From Octopus sinensis (lineage: Eukaryota), in NCBI RefSeq assembly GCF_006345805.1, contig NC_043003.1, positions 60,512,001 to 60,576,000 on the forward strand: a stretch of 64,000 bases of DNA. The letters are read 5' to 3'. Position numbers and translations under genes: made by a program. Below are positions 50,231 through 63,420 of this stretch, piece after piece (position 1 is the stretch's first letter; each line of letters opens with the position of its first letter). The notes beneath the pieces are model-generated. The model saw only the letters and a program-made list of their open reading frames with translations. It ran no database searches and was not told the DNA's origin.

Positions 50231-50862
50231 GAATTCTCCCCATACTAAGGGAATCACCTTCGGCCATAAATGACCATGGAATTAAACCTAGAATCTCCCC
50301 TCCAAGGCACATATATGAAGCCCAGTATACCCATTATGACTACCCGTCTGATAGGGTACACCAGGGGCACATGCATCACAACCATATGTGCGCGACATTG
50401 TGATCTCATATCACGATAAACAGCATATGACCTTGCAGGTGGGGCCCAGTTAGAATTTTCTTCAGGTCCAGTAGCCCATCCCACTCAAAAGGTCCTTGAA
50501 TATGGGCTGTTTAAGGATGTTGAGCGAAGCACCCATGATTCCAAAGGTGAATTATCCAAACCCCAAAGAATTGTTTTCAGCACATAGGAATAATGCAGCC
50601 CCACTACTTCTGCTCGTGATCAGAGATGCACATATCGTCAGCCACTAAGGGACATGCTCAACTGGTTAAGGTCAAACAAGTGACAAGTAAATCAGTGGTG
50701 CTGAGCAGAATATTTGCTATAGCCTATCTTTTAGACGAAGACAAAATAACGTACAGGATAACATTGCCAACCAGTTAAGATGAGAAGCCATGAGAGCCAT
50801 TGTGGCCTATCATTTAGACCAAGGCAAAACTGCAGCCCATCTTTTAGACCAAGGCAAAACAC

Positions 50863-50901
<39 letters not shown>

Positions 50902-51367
50902 CATTATTATTATCATTATTATTATTATTATTATTGTTATTATTCAGTGCCAAGCAGTGGCTCTCATAGCTTTTGATCTTAACTGATTGGAAATGTCATC
51001 ATGTACATTGCTTTGTCATATATAAAATATGGGTTACAGCAAATATTCTGCTCCATACCACAGATTTGTTTGTCAGTTGTTTGATTTTAACCTATTTGAG
51101 CATGTCCTTAGTGGCTGACGATATGTACTGGGGGAGCATCAGAGCCATGTATTGAGAAGAATTCTTTGGGATTTAAATAATTCACCTCTGGAAATATAGG
51201 TGTTTTGTTCAGCATCCTTAAACAAAACTTATTTAGGGACCTTTTGAGCAGGATGGACTACTCAACCTGAAAACAATTCTAACTGGCCCCACCTGCGAGG
51301 TCATGCGCTGTTTATCTTGAAATCACTATGTCGCCCACATATAGCTGTGATGCATGTGCCTGGTGTA
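50230..51367. mobile_element. Foldback-type element: ~410-440-bp inverted arms around a (TTA)n core
   Basis: 50357-50799 mirrors 50958-51367, e.g. gaccttgcaggtggggcccagttagaatt versus aattctaactggccccacctgcgaggtc. The arms are diverged with indels. Confidence 0.8.
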
Positions 51368-51424
51368 ATACCGCTAAGCATGTTGTCTAGTGTGCTAACA
51401 ATTCTGCTAACACGCGGCCTTATT

Positions 51425-51665
51425 CATAATAATAATAATAACCCTTTATATAATAATCCTTTCTACTTTTGGCACGAGGCCTGAAATTTGGGGCGTGGAA
51501 GTGGGATTAGTTGATTACATGGACACCCAGTACATATTCTATCGACCCCGAAATGAAGAAAGGTAAAGTCGACCTCGGCGGAATTTGAACTCGGAAAGTG
51601 AAAACGGACGACGTGCCGCTAAGTATTTTGCCCAGCGCGGTAACGATTCTGCCAGCTCGCCACCT
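51425..51665 (-). mobile_element. SINE family B, tail type 2, diverged
   Basis: Head, Meta-like domain and tail ending in (TTA)n. Confidence 0.75.
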
Positions 51666-51669
51666 TAAC

Positions 51670-51704
51670 AACAACATCAATAATAATGATCATGATAATA
51701 ATAC

Positions 51705-51752
<48 letters not shown>

Positions 51753-52000
51753 TAATAATGATGATGATGATGATGATGATGAGAAGAAAAAGAAGAAGAA
51801 GAAGAAGAACAACAACAACAACACAACTACAACATCAACGTGGAGGAAAAAGAAAAAGAAGTAGAACAACAAGGAGGAGGAGGAGGATGTGGAGGAGGAA
51901 GAAGAAAAAGAAGAAGAAGAAGAAGAAGAAGAGAAGAAGAAGAAGAAGAAGAAGAAGAAGAAGAGAAGTGATGGAAGGATCAAAGTGGGAGGAGGGAGAT
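51670..52000. repeat. Compound (AAT)n/(GAT)n/(AAG)n microsatellite
   Basis: Direct reading of the sequence. Confidence 0.92.
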
Positions 52001-53407
52001 AGGGTGGAATAAACGGGGTAGAGGTGGAGAGAGGAAGTCTAGCGTATAAGCTAATCAAGCTTCGTAACATGAGCAACAGTAAGGTGTGTTAGTTAACGTG
52101 ATTTCAGTGTGTAGCAGGGAGGCAAACCTTATTAAGATTAGGGAATTAGCATAGAGTTACTTCCCTTTGCTTTTTCGATTGAATTAATGAAGAATACAAG
52201 GAAATTTTTTGTTTCCTTTCTTTTACCTTATATTTTTTGTGCGTGATTCGGCCTCGATGATATTCTGGTCGACCAGACCTATAAATAAATGCGTTCCAGT
52301 TATGACCACTACGTCTATTATTCTAACATGATTTATCAAGGACTACATACACCAACATATTTTACTCATTTCCAGACGTTCGGTTTTTCTTTTTAAGGGA
52401 GAATTGTTTACTATTTCGAACACGTTTTAGAGGCTCACTTGTTGGCTTCCGTTCTGGGTTCGAATCTCGCCGAGATCAGTTTTATTTTTCGTTCTCCTTC
52501 GCTCGATAGAACCAAAACCCAATCAAGCAGTGAGTTTGCCTTGATCAATTAATTGTTCCCACCTCGACAAAAATTGTGTATTTGTGGTATTGTGTCTATA
52601 GGAGAAAAAATTAATTCTTTCTAATTTGGGCACAAGGCCAGAAACTTTAAGAGGAAGAGACAATTCGATTACCTCACTCCCCAAGTTGGTAACTGGTATT
52701 TTATTAAACGACTCCGAAGGAATGGAAAGCAAAGTTGACTTCGGCCGAATTTAAAACAACGTATAGCTGGAAGAAATGCCGCTAGGCATTTTAGCCAACG
52801 AGCTAATAATAATAGAATGCCAGTTTCGAGATGTTATCTTCTGTTCTTTGTCCTTTTTTTTATTTTTGGTGTTGTTTCTGTTACCTTATTTTAAAACTGC
52901 GTCATTTAGAGCATTCCACGAATGCACGGTTAAGTTATTTCACATCATCATTTACAGACAGGCAAAGTTACAGGGACGTAACAACAAACCAACGCCGATT
53001 GTCAAGCGATGAGGTACAAAATCGAACACAAACACACACACACACATATTTACTTAGAAGACACCAATGTGCTACGCAGTGGGACTGAACCTGGATCCAT
53101 GAGCCTTGAAATCAAACTTCATACGATACAACCAATCCTACACCTATTTGTAGTTTGTATTTATTTATCGGACAAGTTATACTGGAGCACCACCTTCAGT
53201 CGAACAACTCGATCCCAAGACTTATACTTTGTAAGCCTAGTACATATTCTACCAGTCTCTTTTAGCGAACCGATAAGTTACGGGGACGTAAACACACCAG
53301 CATCCGTTGTGAAGCGACGGTGAGAGGAGACAAACACATACACAAAACACAAACACACACACACACACACATACACACACCACACACACACACACACGCA
53401 CACACAT

Positions 53408-53610
<203 letters not shown>

Positions 53611-53708
53611 GTCTTGCCAGTATATACGCAGTGAAGCTTTACTATAGCGTCGTAAATGTATCGACTGCTACTTCCCTTAAATATTAGTTCCTTGTTGTAC
53701 AATTAATC

Positions 53709-53740
<32 letters not shown>

Positions 53741-53921
53741 TAGTATAAAAGAATATAAAACATATGCATATATATAAACAATATACACGGCATATTGAGA
53801 CAGGACACCAAAGGGAGTCGAACACTTAGAGAAACGAAAACTAGACACAAACGCGATTACGGACGGAGTCCGCTGACCTACCCACTAGGCCATTGCGCTC
53901 CACACACACACACACACACAC

Positions 53922-53953
<32 letters not shown>

Positions 53954-53978
53954 GATATATATATATAGTATTTATTAT

Positions 53979-54017
<39 letters not shown>

Positions 54018-54065
54018 CATATATGTGTGTGTGTGTATATATACATATATATATACATATATATA

Positions 54066-54110
<45 letters not shown>

Positions 54111-54185
54111 ATGTATTATATATATATATATATATACATATTATAAATATATATAGTGTGTGTGTGTTGTGTGTGTGTGTGTGTG

Positions 54186-54495
54186 TGGAGGCGCAATGCC
54201 TAGTGGTTTAGGGCAGCGGACTCGCGGTCGTAGGATCGCGGTTTCGATTCCAGACCGGGCGTTGTGAGTGTTTATTGAGCGAAAAACACCTAAAGCACCA
54301 CGAGGCTCCGGCAGGGGGTGGTGGCGCTCCCTGCTGTACTCTTTCGCCCACAACCTTCTCTCACTCTTTCTTCGTGTGGCCGCTCGCTTAGCCAGCGGGG
54401 TGGCTTCATTTGAAGGCTAAAAACAATGCGAAGTACATTGTGACCAGCGATGTGTAACAACATCTGATGGCCTGGTCGGTCACGGTGACGGTGAT
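54186..54495 (+). mobile_element. SINE family C, tail type 2 (tail shared with family D)
   Basis: tRNA-like head with box A/B. Tail gcgaagtacattgtgaccagcgatgtgtaacaacatctgat matches the reverse complement of 58690-58760. Confidence 0.85.
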
Positions 54496-54732
54496 ATATA
54501 TATATACATACACACACGACGTTAGTATAATAAATTAGGTTAATCGTTTGACTTTTCCTCAGCAATAATGCCTATGAACAACTCATCATCAACAGCGAGA
54601 ACAACAACCAATAGATATTATGTTCTCGACTCATACCACCGGTTGCCTGGTTTCCATGGCGTATAAGTCAGTATGATGACAACAATCTCGCTGAATGGTA
54701 CGCCGGGCTGTTGCGGGGTCCAAGGCAAGCTA

Positions 54733-55190
54733 CTAGGGTGAAGAAAAAGTTTGTGCACCGTGTTAAAATAATGATTTTTTACGCTATAATTTATTAAAAA
54801 ATACAACTATTCTTCAAAATGAAGGCCATCATTTTCCATAACCTTCTGCCAACGATGTGCAAGCTTTCCGATTTGGTCAAAGTGCCAATCCTTCGGCTTT
54901 GAATCGAAAAATTTTTGACTCAAATCGGCGACCTTTCATAAAGTGCTGCATTGGTCGGGAGAGACTATGGTCAGATGGAGCAACGTCTGGACTATTGGCT
55001 GGATGCAGTATTACTTCGACACCGTCCAGTTCTTCAATCTTGTTGCTGCTCTTTCTGGCGGTATGCGGCTTTTGAAACAAAGCGCGTTTTCGACGAACAA
55101 GCGTTGGATACTTTTCAACCAGCGCATTGTAGACTCGATGAAGTTACTCGCAGTAAAGTTCAGCGTTGATGGCGCAACCATAATATGTTG
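54733..55190 (-). mobile_element. Mariner 3' fragment with a terminal repeat
   Basis: EVILHPANSPDVAPSDHSL (YSPDLAP-like), KLAHRWQKVMENDGLHFEE* C-terminus, and end TA|ctagggtgaagaaaaag. Confidence 0.8.
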
Positions 55191-55389
55191 AGGAGAAAAG
55201 ACAAGACGATTACACTGAGTCCAGTATTTGACTGGCACTTTATTTCATTGACCATGAATGGATGAAAGACAAGCGGTAAGTTGATAGAATCGTTAACGCG
55301 TCGGGCAAAATGCTTAGCCGAATTTCCCTCGGCTTTTTACGCCGCTGAAGTCGACTTTGCCTTTCATCCTTTCGGAATCGGTAAAATAA

Positions 55390-55860
55390 TATCATTATTT
55401 ACATTGGACGGATATGCATCCTCATCTTGTTTGTTGTTAGCATAACGTTTCGGCTGATTTAATCTCCAGCCTTTATCAGGTATCCTGATGGAATTTTGAA
55501 CCCAACCCTAAGTTATTATTATTATTATTATTATTCAAGGCACTGCCTGGAATTGAACTTGCAATTGAACTCGCGCTCTTAACCATTACGCTATATACCC
55601 GTAGGTAATTATAGAGTGAATTTTAGGTAATTTAGAGTGAATTCTTCCTTAATACGGTTCTCGTATTCTACTCACATATGCACTAGGTCTGCTTAGGAGG
55701 TTATTGTGGCCTAGCATATGTGCTGTCTCTTTTAGTTTCCATATTTTCCAGTGGTTTTCTCTGTCTATTATTTATATTATAATGTCTGTTCTGCCGAAAC
55801 GTTGTGGTAACAACAAACAAGATGAAGACACATATCCGTCCAATGTAAATAATGTACAGA
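55390..55860. mobile_element. Penelope-type inverted pseudo-LTR pair with a degenerate hammerhead core on the minus strand
   Basis: 55390-55455 is the reverse complement of 55791-55855. Minus strand 55441-55479 reads CTGATAA-a-ggctg...cagcc-GAAAC-gtt. Confidence 0.55.
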
Positions 55861-56054
55861 ATTCTTCATCTTTAAAATATAGAACAAAACAAATATCAGT
55901 TTAGTACTGAATCCTATGTATTTGCCAAGTCAATTCTTTCACATTTCAGGCCTTGTGTCTATGCTAAAAATATGTACTGCGCTGGGTGTAATCGGCTTAC
56001 ACCCTCTCCCGAACTTCTTGGTCTTGTACCAAAATTTAAAACAAATAATCAAAG

Positions 56055-56400
56055 ACATTCATTTATCCATTTTCTCCTCCCAATATTCCTGGGAGGATTG
56101 TAGGTATGGAGTCTCCAGGCACCGTCTGGAGACTCTATACCTACAACCCTCAGATGCAACCACCATTCCACTTTCCGGATGGTTTCTCACACATAACCAT
56201 CTGAAAATGGATATTCCAGCCATCTCGTTTTTTATCTTCGCCTTGGTCTTCTGTCGGTTGACTCGCCCTGAAGAATCCGTCTTGCAATTCTTTCTTGTGA
56301 CATTCTAACTTATCCGTAGTACCGGAGCTACGGCGTAACAATGCTGAGAAATAAGTACACGACATGAAGAAACTCCTCTATCTCCGAACTATGCGCCCTG
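56055..56400 (-). mobile_element. RTE (Expander/Rex3-like) LINE 3' fragment
   Basis: RRILQGE...RRPRRR*KTRW (GRRPRGRP.TRW-like) and end ggagaaaatggataaatgaatg. Confidence 0.6.
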
Positions 56401-56458
56401 TCGAATAATGACATTCCAGGGATAAATAGTGTTGCATATAAATGTTAGTGTTATTTAC

Positions 56459-56631
56459 AGGCGCAGGAGTAGGTGTGTGGTATGTAGTTTGCTTACCAAC
56501 CACATGGTTCCAGGTTCTTTCCCACTGCGTGGCACCTAGGGCAAATGTCTTCTACTATAGCCTCGGGTCGACCAAAGCCTTGTGAGTGGATTTGGTAGAC
56601 GGAAACAGAAAGAAGCCCGTCGTATACATGG

Positions 56632-56712
<81 letters not shown>

Positions 56713-56920
56713 TTGTGTGTCTGTGTTTGTCTCTCAACATCGCTTGACAACCGGTGGTAGTGTATTTACGTCCCCGTAACTTATCGGTTCGGCAAAAGAG
56801 AGACCGAAAGAATAAGTACTAGGCTTCACAAAGAATAAGTCCTGGGGTCGATTTTCTCGACAAAAGGCGGTGCTCCAGCATGGCCACAGTCAAATGACTG
56901 AAACAAGTAAAAGAGAAAAA
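56459..56920 (+). mobile_element. SINE family A, full-length
   Basis: Head, (TG)n and tail ending aagtaaaagagaaa. Confidence 0.9.
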
Positions 56921-57269
56921 AAAGATATCTTTTTATATTATTACTTTGTAATTCTTTTCTGGTTTCAGTCATTAGACTACGACCATGCTGGGGCAGAGCT
57001 TTGAAGAAATTTTATCAAACGAATAGACCCAAGTACTTATATTTTTAATTCTGGTTATTTAGTTGGTCTCTTAGGCCTAACTGCTAGATCATAGGGACGT
57101 AAAGATACCAACACCGATTGTCAATCGGCGGTGGCGGAATAACACACACAACATAAGTATGTGTGTGTGTGCGTGTGTGTGTGTCTGTGACAAGATTCTT
57201 ACAGATTCCGTTCACTAAACCCACTAACAAAATTTTGGTCGGCCCGACGTGATTTTTATCACTGAAAAT

Positions 57270-57485
57270 ATTGGTTTCAAACGTTGGCACATTCCCAGTA
57301 GTTTCGAGAGTGAGGGATTAGTTGATTGCATCGACCCTAGTACTCGAGTGGTACTTATTTTATCGACCCCGAAAAGATGAAAAGCAAAGTTGGCTGACTT
57401 CGGCAGAATTTGAACTCAGAACATAAAGACGGACGAAATGCCGCTAAGCATTTCACCCGGTGTGTCAACGAATCTGTCAGCTCTA
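57270..57485 (-). mobile_element. SINE family B
   Basis: Head and Meta-like domain. Confidence 0.78.
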
Positions 57486-57584
57486 TACCCTGCTCTATAC
57501 TCCATTTCTCTGTATGTAACACATAATGATATTATTAGATAATTAAGCACTGTTTTATTATATGATTGCTTCTGCTAATTAAGT

Positions 57585-57880
57585 GAAGGCTCAATGGCCC
57601 AGTGGTTAGGGCAGCGAACTCACGGTCGGAGGATCGCGGTTTCGATTCCCAGACCGGGCGTTGCGTGTGTTTATTGAGCGAAAACACCTAAAAGCTCCAC
57701 GAGGCTCCGGCAGGGGGTGGTGGTGGCCCTGTTTTCTCCACAACTTTCTCTCACTCTCTCTTCCTGTTTCTTGAGTAACGCTGCGATGGACTGGTGTACC
57801 GTCCAGCTAGTGGGACCACATACGCCACAAAAACCGGGAAACCGAGTCCATGAGCCTGGCTAGGCTTGAAAAGGGGCGAC
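57585..57880 (+). mobile_element. SINE family C, tail type 3
   Basis: Same head and body as 54186; the tail begins gctgcgatggactgg, which is V-domain-like. Confidence 0.8.
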
Positions 57881-58679
57881 GTTTACCATTATCTGTTAAT
57901 TAATGTAACGAACATCCTATGATATGTATTGTTTTCTGTAGAGGCCATCGACAAGTAAATGATAACGGCTTTGAGAGAAGAATTTCAATTCTAGCAAAAA
58001 TCGTTAGTATTGGTAAGTTTTATATCTAAGTTTCCATTGGATGGATGTCATTGGTAACTTGCGGTTGATCGAATATTTTGTAAAGTGGTGTTTTGTTTCT
58101 AAAGATTACTATCCAATTTTAGGAAAATATGGCAATCATAGTTTTGCTCGTATAACAAGGTCATATTCGATAATTTGCGTTGCTTGCGTTGGAACTAACA
58201 ATTTCAGAATGTTGATTGAACGCCTCAGGAAATGCAAGGATTTCTTCATTTGACTTAATCGGTTTATTATCGTATGAGTTTAAGAAAGAAAAAAGTGAAT
58301 TCTCTCTTGGGGGACAAGGTTTTCAAATATATTGAAATTATTCATGTTCAGACCCATCCAAAACTATTAAATAATCAAGACATCAAATCTATCTGCTGTC
58401 TGTCCGTTTGTCACTCTCACTTGAGAGATAGATTAAAAGATAGTTAAACAAATAAGCGAGAGAGAGTCATAACATATGTGAGTGTTTTGCGGTGTTTCTT
58501 TTGAGTGTCTATGCTCAAAGTTCAAATTCTGCCTACATTAACTTGGCTTTTTATTTTTCTCGGAAATAAACTAGCAGTCAAGAATTGAAGTCGATGTTAT
58601 CAACTACAACCTCTCCCCTCATAACTAGAGGCCCTGTGTCAAAGCCACGAATCACTCACGCACGTGCGCGCATACATAT

Positions 58680-58975
58680 ATGATGTGGTCACATGATCGA
58701 CCAGACTATCGGATGTTGCTATACATCGCTGATCACAATGCGCGTTGCATCGTTTTAACTTCTGAATGATGCCACACCGCTTGCTAGGCGAGCAGGCCGA
58801 CGTTCACTATGATCGGTAGGTTACTTCATCGCAAGGTGTCCCATTTACAGCTGAATCGAATGAAGCAGCGTTGAGTGAAGAATCTTGCTCGAGAACACGC
58901 GTAGCTGCTATGGGAATCGAAACCACGATCCCACGATCCGAAGTGCAACACGCCTAACCACTAGATCACGCACCT
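58680..58975 (-). mobile_element. SINE family D (tRNA head, CORE-like block, tail shared with family C type 2)
   Basis: Reverse complement gtgatctagtggttagg...gtttcgattccc...ctcgagcaagattcttcac...cagctgtaaatg. Confidence 0.72.
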
Positions 58976-58988
58976 TCACATACACACA

Positions 58989-59019
<31 letters not shown>

Positions 59020-59079
59020 TACCATACAACATTGGAAACAGAAACAGCAGTTAGATGGGATGCAGACCATTTGCATTGA

Positions 59080-59995
59080 ATTAATAAATAATAACGCAAC
59101 CAAACTGCAAAGAATATTAATGCAGTATATGGAGACTGGGCAGTAAGCGTAAGCCAGTGTCAACGGTGGTTCCAGAAATTTCGAGTTGGAAACTACACCC
59201 TAGAAGACAAGCCTCGTTCTGGAAGATCTCAAGAGCTCGACGAGGATGTCCTGCAAATCCTGGTGGAACGAAATTCCATCGTAACTGTTGAGGAACTAGC
59301 AGAGAAGCTTGGATTTGGTCATTCAACTATTCATCGACACATGCGTGCCATCGGAAAAGTCAATAAATTGGGTTCATGAGTTCCGCTCAAACTTTCTGAG
59401 TTCAGCTGCGCACAGTGAGTGAATGTGCGCACTTCTTTGCTATCACGTCTCACGAATGAACCTTTTTTGGACCGATTGGTGACTGGTGACGAGAAATGGG
59501 TCCTCTATAAAAATGTCAAGCGCCGATGACAGTGGACAGAGAAAGGAGAAACACCGGTACCCCAGGCCAGGGAAGGCCTTCACGCACGTAAAGTGTTGAT
59601 ATTTGTTTGGTGGGATATGAAAGGTTTAAACCCAAACTAAACTACAACAAAGGTGATCTACTGTGAGCAGCTTGAGCGGTTTAAGTCAGCGCTAAAAGAA
59701 AAACGACCATCTTTGGTTTGAAGACGAAAGTTATTCTTCCATCATGCTAATGCTCGGCCACATACAGCGAGGATGACATTCCAAAGGCTGGAGCAGTTTG
59801 AACGAGAAACGATGCACCACCCATCATATTCGCCGGACATTGCTCCATTTCATTATCATTTATTCCGCAGTCTTCAAAATCATTTGGACGGAAAAATATG
59901 AATTATGTAGACGAGGTCAGAACAGTACTGGAGAAGTGTTTGTCGTCACGGACAAGTGAATTTTGGAAGAGGGACATTGCATGTCTACAAGCTAG
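59080..59995 (+). pseudogene. Decayed mariner (D,D34D-type) transposase
   Basis: QRWFQKFR.G...LED.PRSGR, *VPLKL (WVPH-like), VTGDEKWV, HHANARPH, HPSYSPDIAP. Multiple stops and a deletion; no TIRs seen. Confidence 0.88.
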
Positions 59996-60319
59996 ATAAA
60001 AGATGCGATCACAATGCGTAGGTAGCACGGTTTTGGGTGTCGAATACACGCACACGCGCGCATATGTATGTATGTATGTTTAGATCGTAGGTCCATTATG
60101 GTTATAGTCACAATTTAGTCGAAGCAGACTTATACTTTTAGTCATAATGGTTTCATCTATTCACTGATGTTTGTATTTGTTTTTGAAAGTAGTCAATAAT
60201 ATTCTTTAAAAGTTTCAACATAACTTCGTCAGAATTAAATTTAAAGTTGTCCACTGTTTGGGTAATCTTTCCTTTCGGATTGTTTTAAATTCTACAATTG
60301 AATTTTAGCGTACATAATG

Positions 60320-60583
60320 AGCGGTACTCTTATACTCTTTTACTCTTTTACTTGTTTCAGTCATTTGACTGTAGCCATGCTGGAGCACCGCCTTTAGTCG
60401 AGCACATCGACCCCAGGTCTTATTCTTTGTAAGCCTAGTACTTATTCTATCGGTCACTTTTGCCGAACCGCAAAGTTACGGGGACGTAATCACACCAGCG
60501 TCGGTTGTCAAGCGATGTTGGGGGGACAAACAACAGACACACAAACATATACACCATACACACACACACCACGCACACACACA

Positions 60584-60629
<46 letters not shown>

Positions 60630-60631
60630 TA

Positions 60632-60708
<77 letters not shown>

Positions 60709-60832
60709 CGTCGAGCTTCTTTCAGTTTACGTCTACCAAATCCATTCAAAAGGCTTTGGTTGGCCCGAGGCTATAGTACAAGACACTTGTGTAAGGTGCC
60801 ACGCAGTGGGACTGAACCCTGAACCATATAGT
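60320..60832 (-). mobile_element. SINE family A
   Basis: Tail, (CA)n/(TA)n and head. Confidence 0.88.
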
Positions 60833-61077
60833 TTGTAACGTTGACTTATTTCTTTGCGTGTATCTTGAAAGCGCTGTGTTTATATACTAAGATGCCTATA
60901 TCGTTTTAATAGATATCCTGAAATATATGTAATGTTTAAAGCACCTATGTAAAAGTATTCGTTTGTAACCTTACCGCACTCAATAGCTCAACTTTTCCAA
61001 TATTTGATGTTGTTGTCATATGGGCAGTAATTTCACATACACAAATACCGGACTGATCATAACGGACACCATGTGGT

Positions 61078-61472
61078 ATGTATGTATGTATGTATGTATG
61101 TATGTATGTATGTATGTATGTATGTATGTATGTATGTATGTATGTATGTATGTATGCATGCACGCTTGTCCTTGTTCAGTTTTATTTCAAGATTTCTTGC
61201 CAATAGAGAAAAAGTCAGTTTCTAACCTAGATCCAAGGCTCCCTCATTGGAATTTTAACATAAACAACAGGCCATTTTTGTTTTTATGTATGTATGTATG
61301 TATGTATGTATGTATGTATGTATGTATGCATGTATGTATGTAGATTTGTATGTTTTGCTTTATGTATGTATTCTCATACATACATTTGCATATCTAGACA
61401 TGCTATATATATATCTAAAAGATAAACTTCCGGAAAGTTTTACAGATTTTTACAGTTCCAGTGATGGATTGG

Positions 61473-61503
<31 letters not shown>

Positions 61504-61770
61504 TGTATGTATGTATGTATGTGTGTATGTATGTATGTATGTGTGTATGTATGTATGTATGTGTTTATGCATGTACGTATGTATGTATGTGTGTGTATGT
61601 ATGTATGTATGTATGTGTGTATGCATGCATGTATGTATGAATGTATGTATGTATTATGTATGTATGTAGGTAGGTAGGTAGGTAGGCAGGTAGGTAGGTA
61701 GGTAGGTAGGTAGGTAGGTAGGTAGGTAGGTAAGTAGGTAGGTAGGTAGATAGGTTGGTAGGTAGGTAAG
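61078..61770. repeat. (TATG)n array grading into (TAGG)n
   Basis: Direct reading of the sequence. Confidence 0.92.
61160..61475 (-). mobile_element. 3'-terminal copy of R4-like family 2 embedded in (CATA)n
   Basis: The minus strand encodes TGTVKICKTFRKF, then a 3' UTR collinear with 19290-20715, ending ggcaagaaatcttgaaataaaactgaa. (TATG)n lies on both sides and internally. Confidence 0.8.
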
Positions 61771-62036
61771 TAGGTAGATATGTATGCGTGTGTATATATT
61801 TATGCGTGTCCTCCACCGTCCTCTGACAACCAATAGACCGATAGAATTAGTACTAGGCCTGAAACAATAAATCCTGGGTCGATATCTTCGACTAAAACCT
61901 ATCAACATGGTACTCCAGCATGACCTCATTAAAATGACTGACACAAGTAAAATAATAAAAGAATCTATGAATCGAAGGAGTGTGACCTACATTTTAAATC
62001 CACAGACATGTCACATGTACACACCTCGGCGCTTAT

Positions 62037-62070
<34 letters not shown>

Positions 62071-62775
62071 ACACACACTCACACACACACATACACACAC
62101 AGGGGTGGGGCATGCATAGGCATAAACGCAAATGATTTAAACAATTTATCGAATTTAGACTAAGATAAACTGACGAGTTTTTATCATAGTCTAACAGTGC
62201 TTTGCTTTTCTTTAACAAAGGTAAAACCTTTAATGGATATTATGAAAACATACACGAAAAGAGATAAGGTAAAAAAATAAACGTGCAAACTGATTATGTT
62301 TATCAATTAAGTTAATACACTTAAACAACAAACCGGTTAATGAAAAACGAATAAAGAGATATATACATACATATATACATAGAAACATGTATATATATGT
62401 GTGTGTGTGTGGTGTTCATGTATGCGCGTTTGTGATTTTTCAGAGTTCAAGATAGCTCACCCAAATAAATATTTCTCCAAATAAGATGATTACCATAAGG
62501 CGCTTATTGCAACAAGGATCTGATACAATCAGACCTGCTATGGAAGTTCTATCACATCAATTGCTTTCGGCTAGAAATTCTCTACCTTCTTCTACAATCC
62601 CTAAGTAGCCATCTGCTTGGCAAAAGTTCTTAAATTTCAGCTAAGATGACCCAAGGCAAATATTAGTGTATTTAATTAATGGAAGCTAACTCTGTACGGC
62701 ATTGCACGTATTCTGTGTGTATGTGTATGTGTGTGTATGTGTATGTGTATGTATGTGTATGTGTGTGTATGTGTA

Positions 62776-62813
<38 letters not shown>

Positions 62814-62949
62814 TGAGAGAGAGGTTAGTAATAAGACTGAAATTGATGAAATCACGCACTAATATACATTCCTTCGTGTATTCCATGATCTGTTGTTCTG
62901 CATAGTTGGTGCACATGTTGGAATTATTACAATTGATCTGTTGGCTGCT

Positions 62950-63146
62950 GCTGTGGTTGAGGAAGATGGTGATGATAATAGTGATGATGATGATGATGAT
63001 GATGAGGAGGAGGAGGAGGAGGAAGGTGATGATGATGATGATGATGATGACGACGACGATGATGATGATGATGGTGGTGGTGGTGGTGGTGGTGGTGATG
63101 ATGATGATCATGATGATGGTGGGGGGGTTGGTGGTGGTGGTGGTGG

Positions 63147-63184
<38 letters not shown>

Positions 63185-63420
63185 GTGATGATGGTGATGA
63201 TGATGAGGAGGAGGAGGAGGCGGAAGAGGAGGTGAAGGATGATGACCACGATGACGACGACGATGATGATGATGATAATGATGATGATTGTGATGAAGAC
63301 GACGACGACAACGATGTTGATCATGATCATAATGATGATGATGATGATGGCGATGAGAAAGACGTGGAAGAAGAGATAATGGAGGAGGAGGAGGGGATAT
63401 GGAGAGGGGAAACAAAAGTA
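62950..63420. repeat. Compound (GAT)n/(GGT)n/(GAG)n microsatellite
   Basis: Direct reading; this explains the acidic and His-rich ORFs. Confidence 0.92.

Noticed and set aside
54186-54260. tRNA gene call for family C heads (also 35285-35358 and 57585-57660)
   Set aside because: Box A/B are present, but I could not fold a clean cloverleaf and the sequence continues into SINE body.
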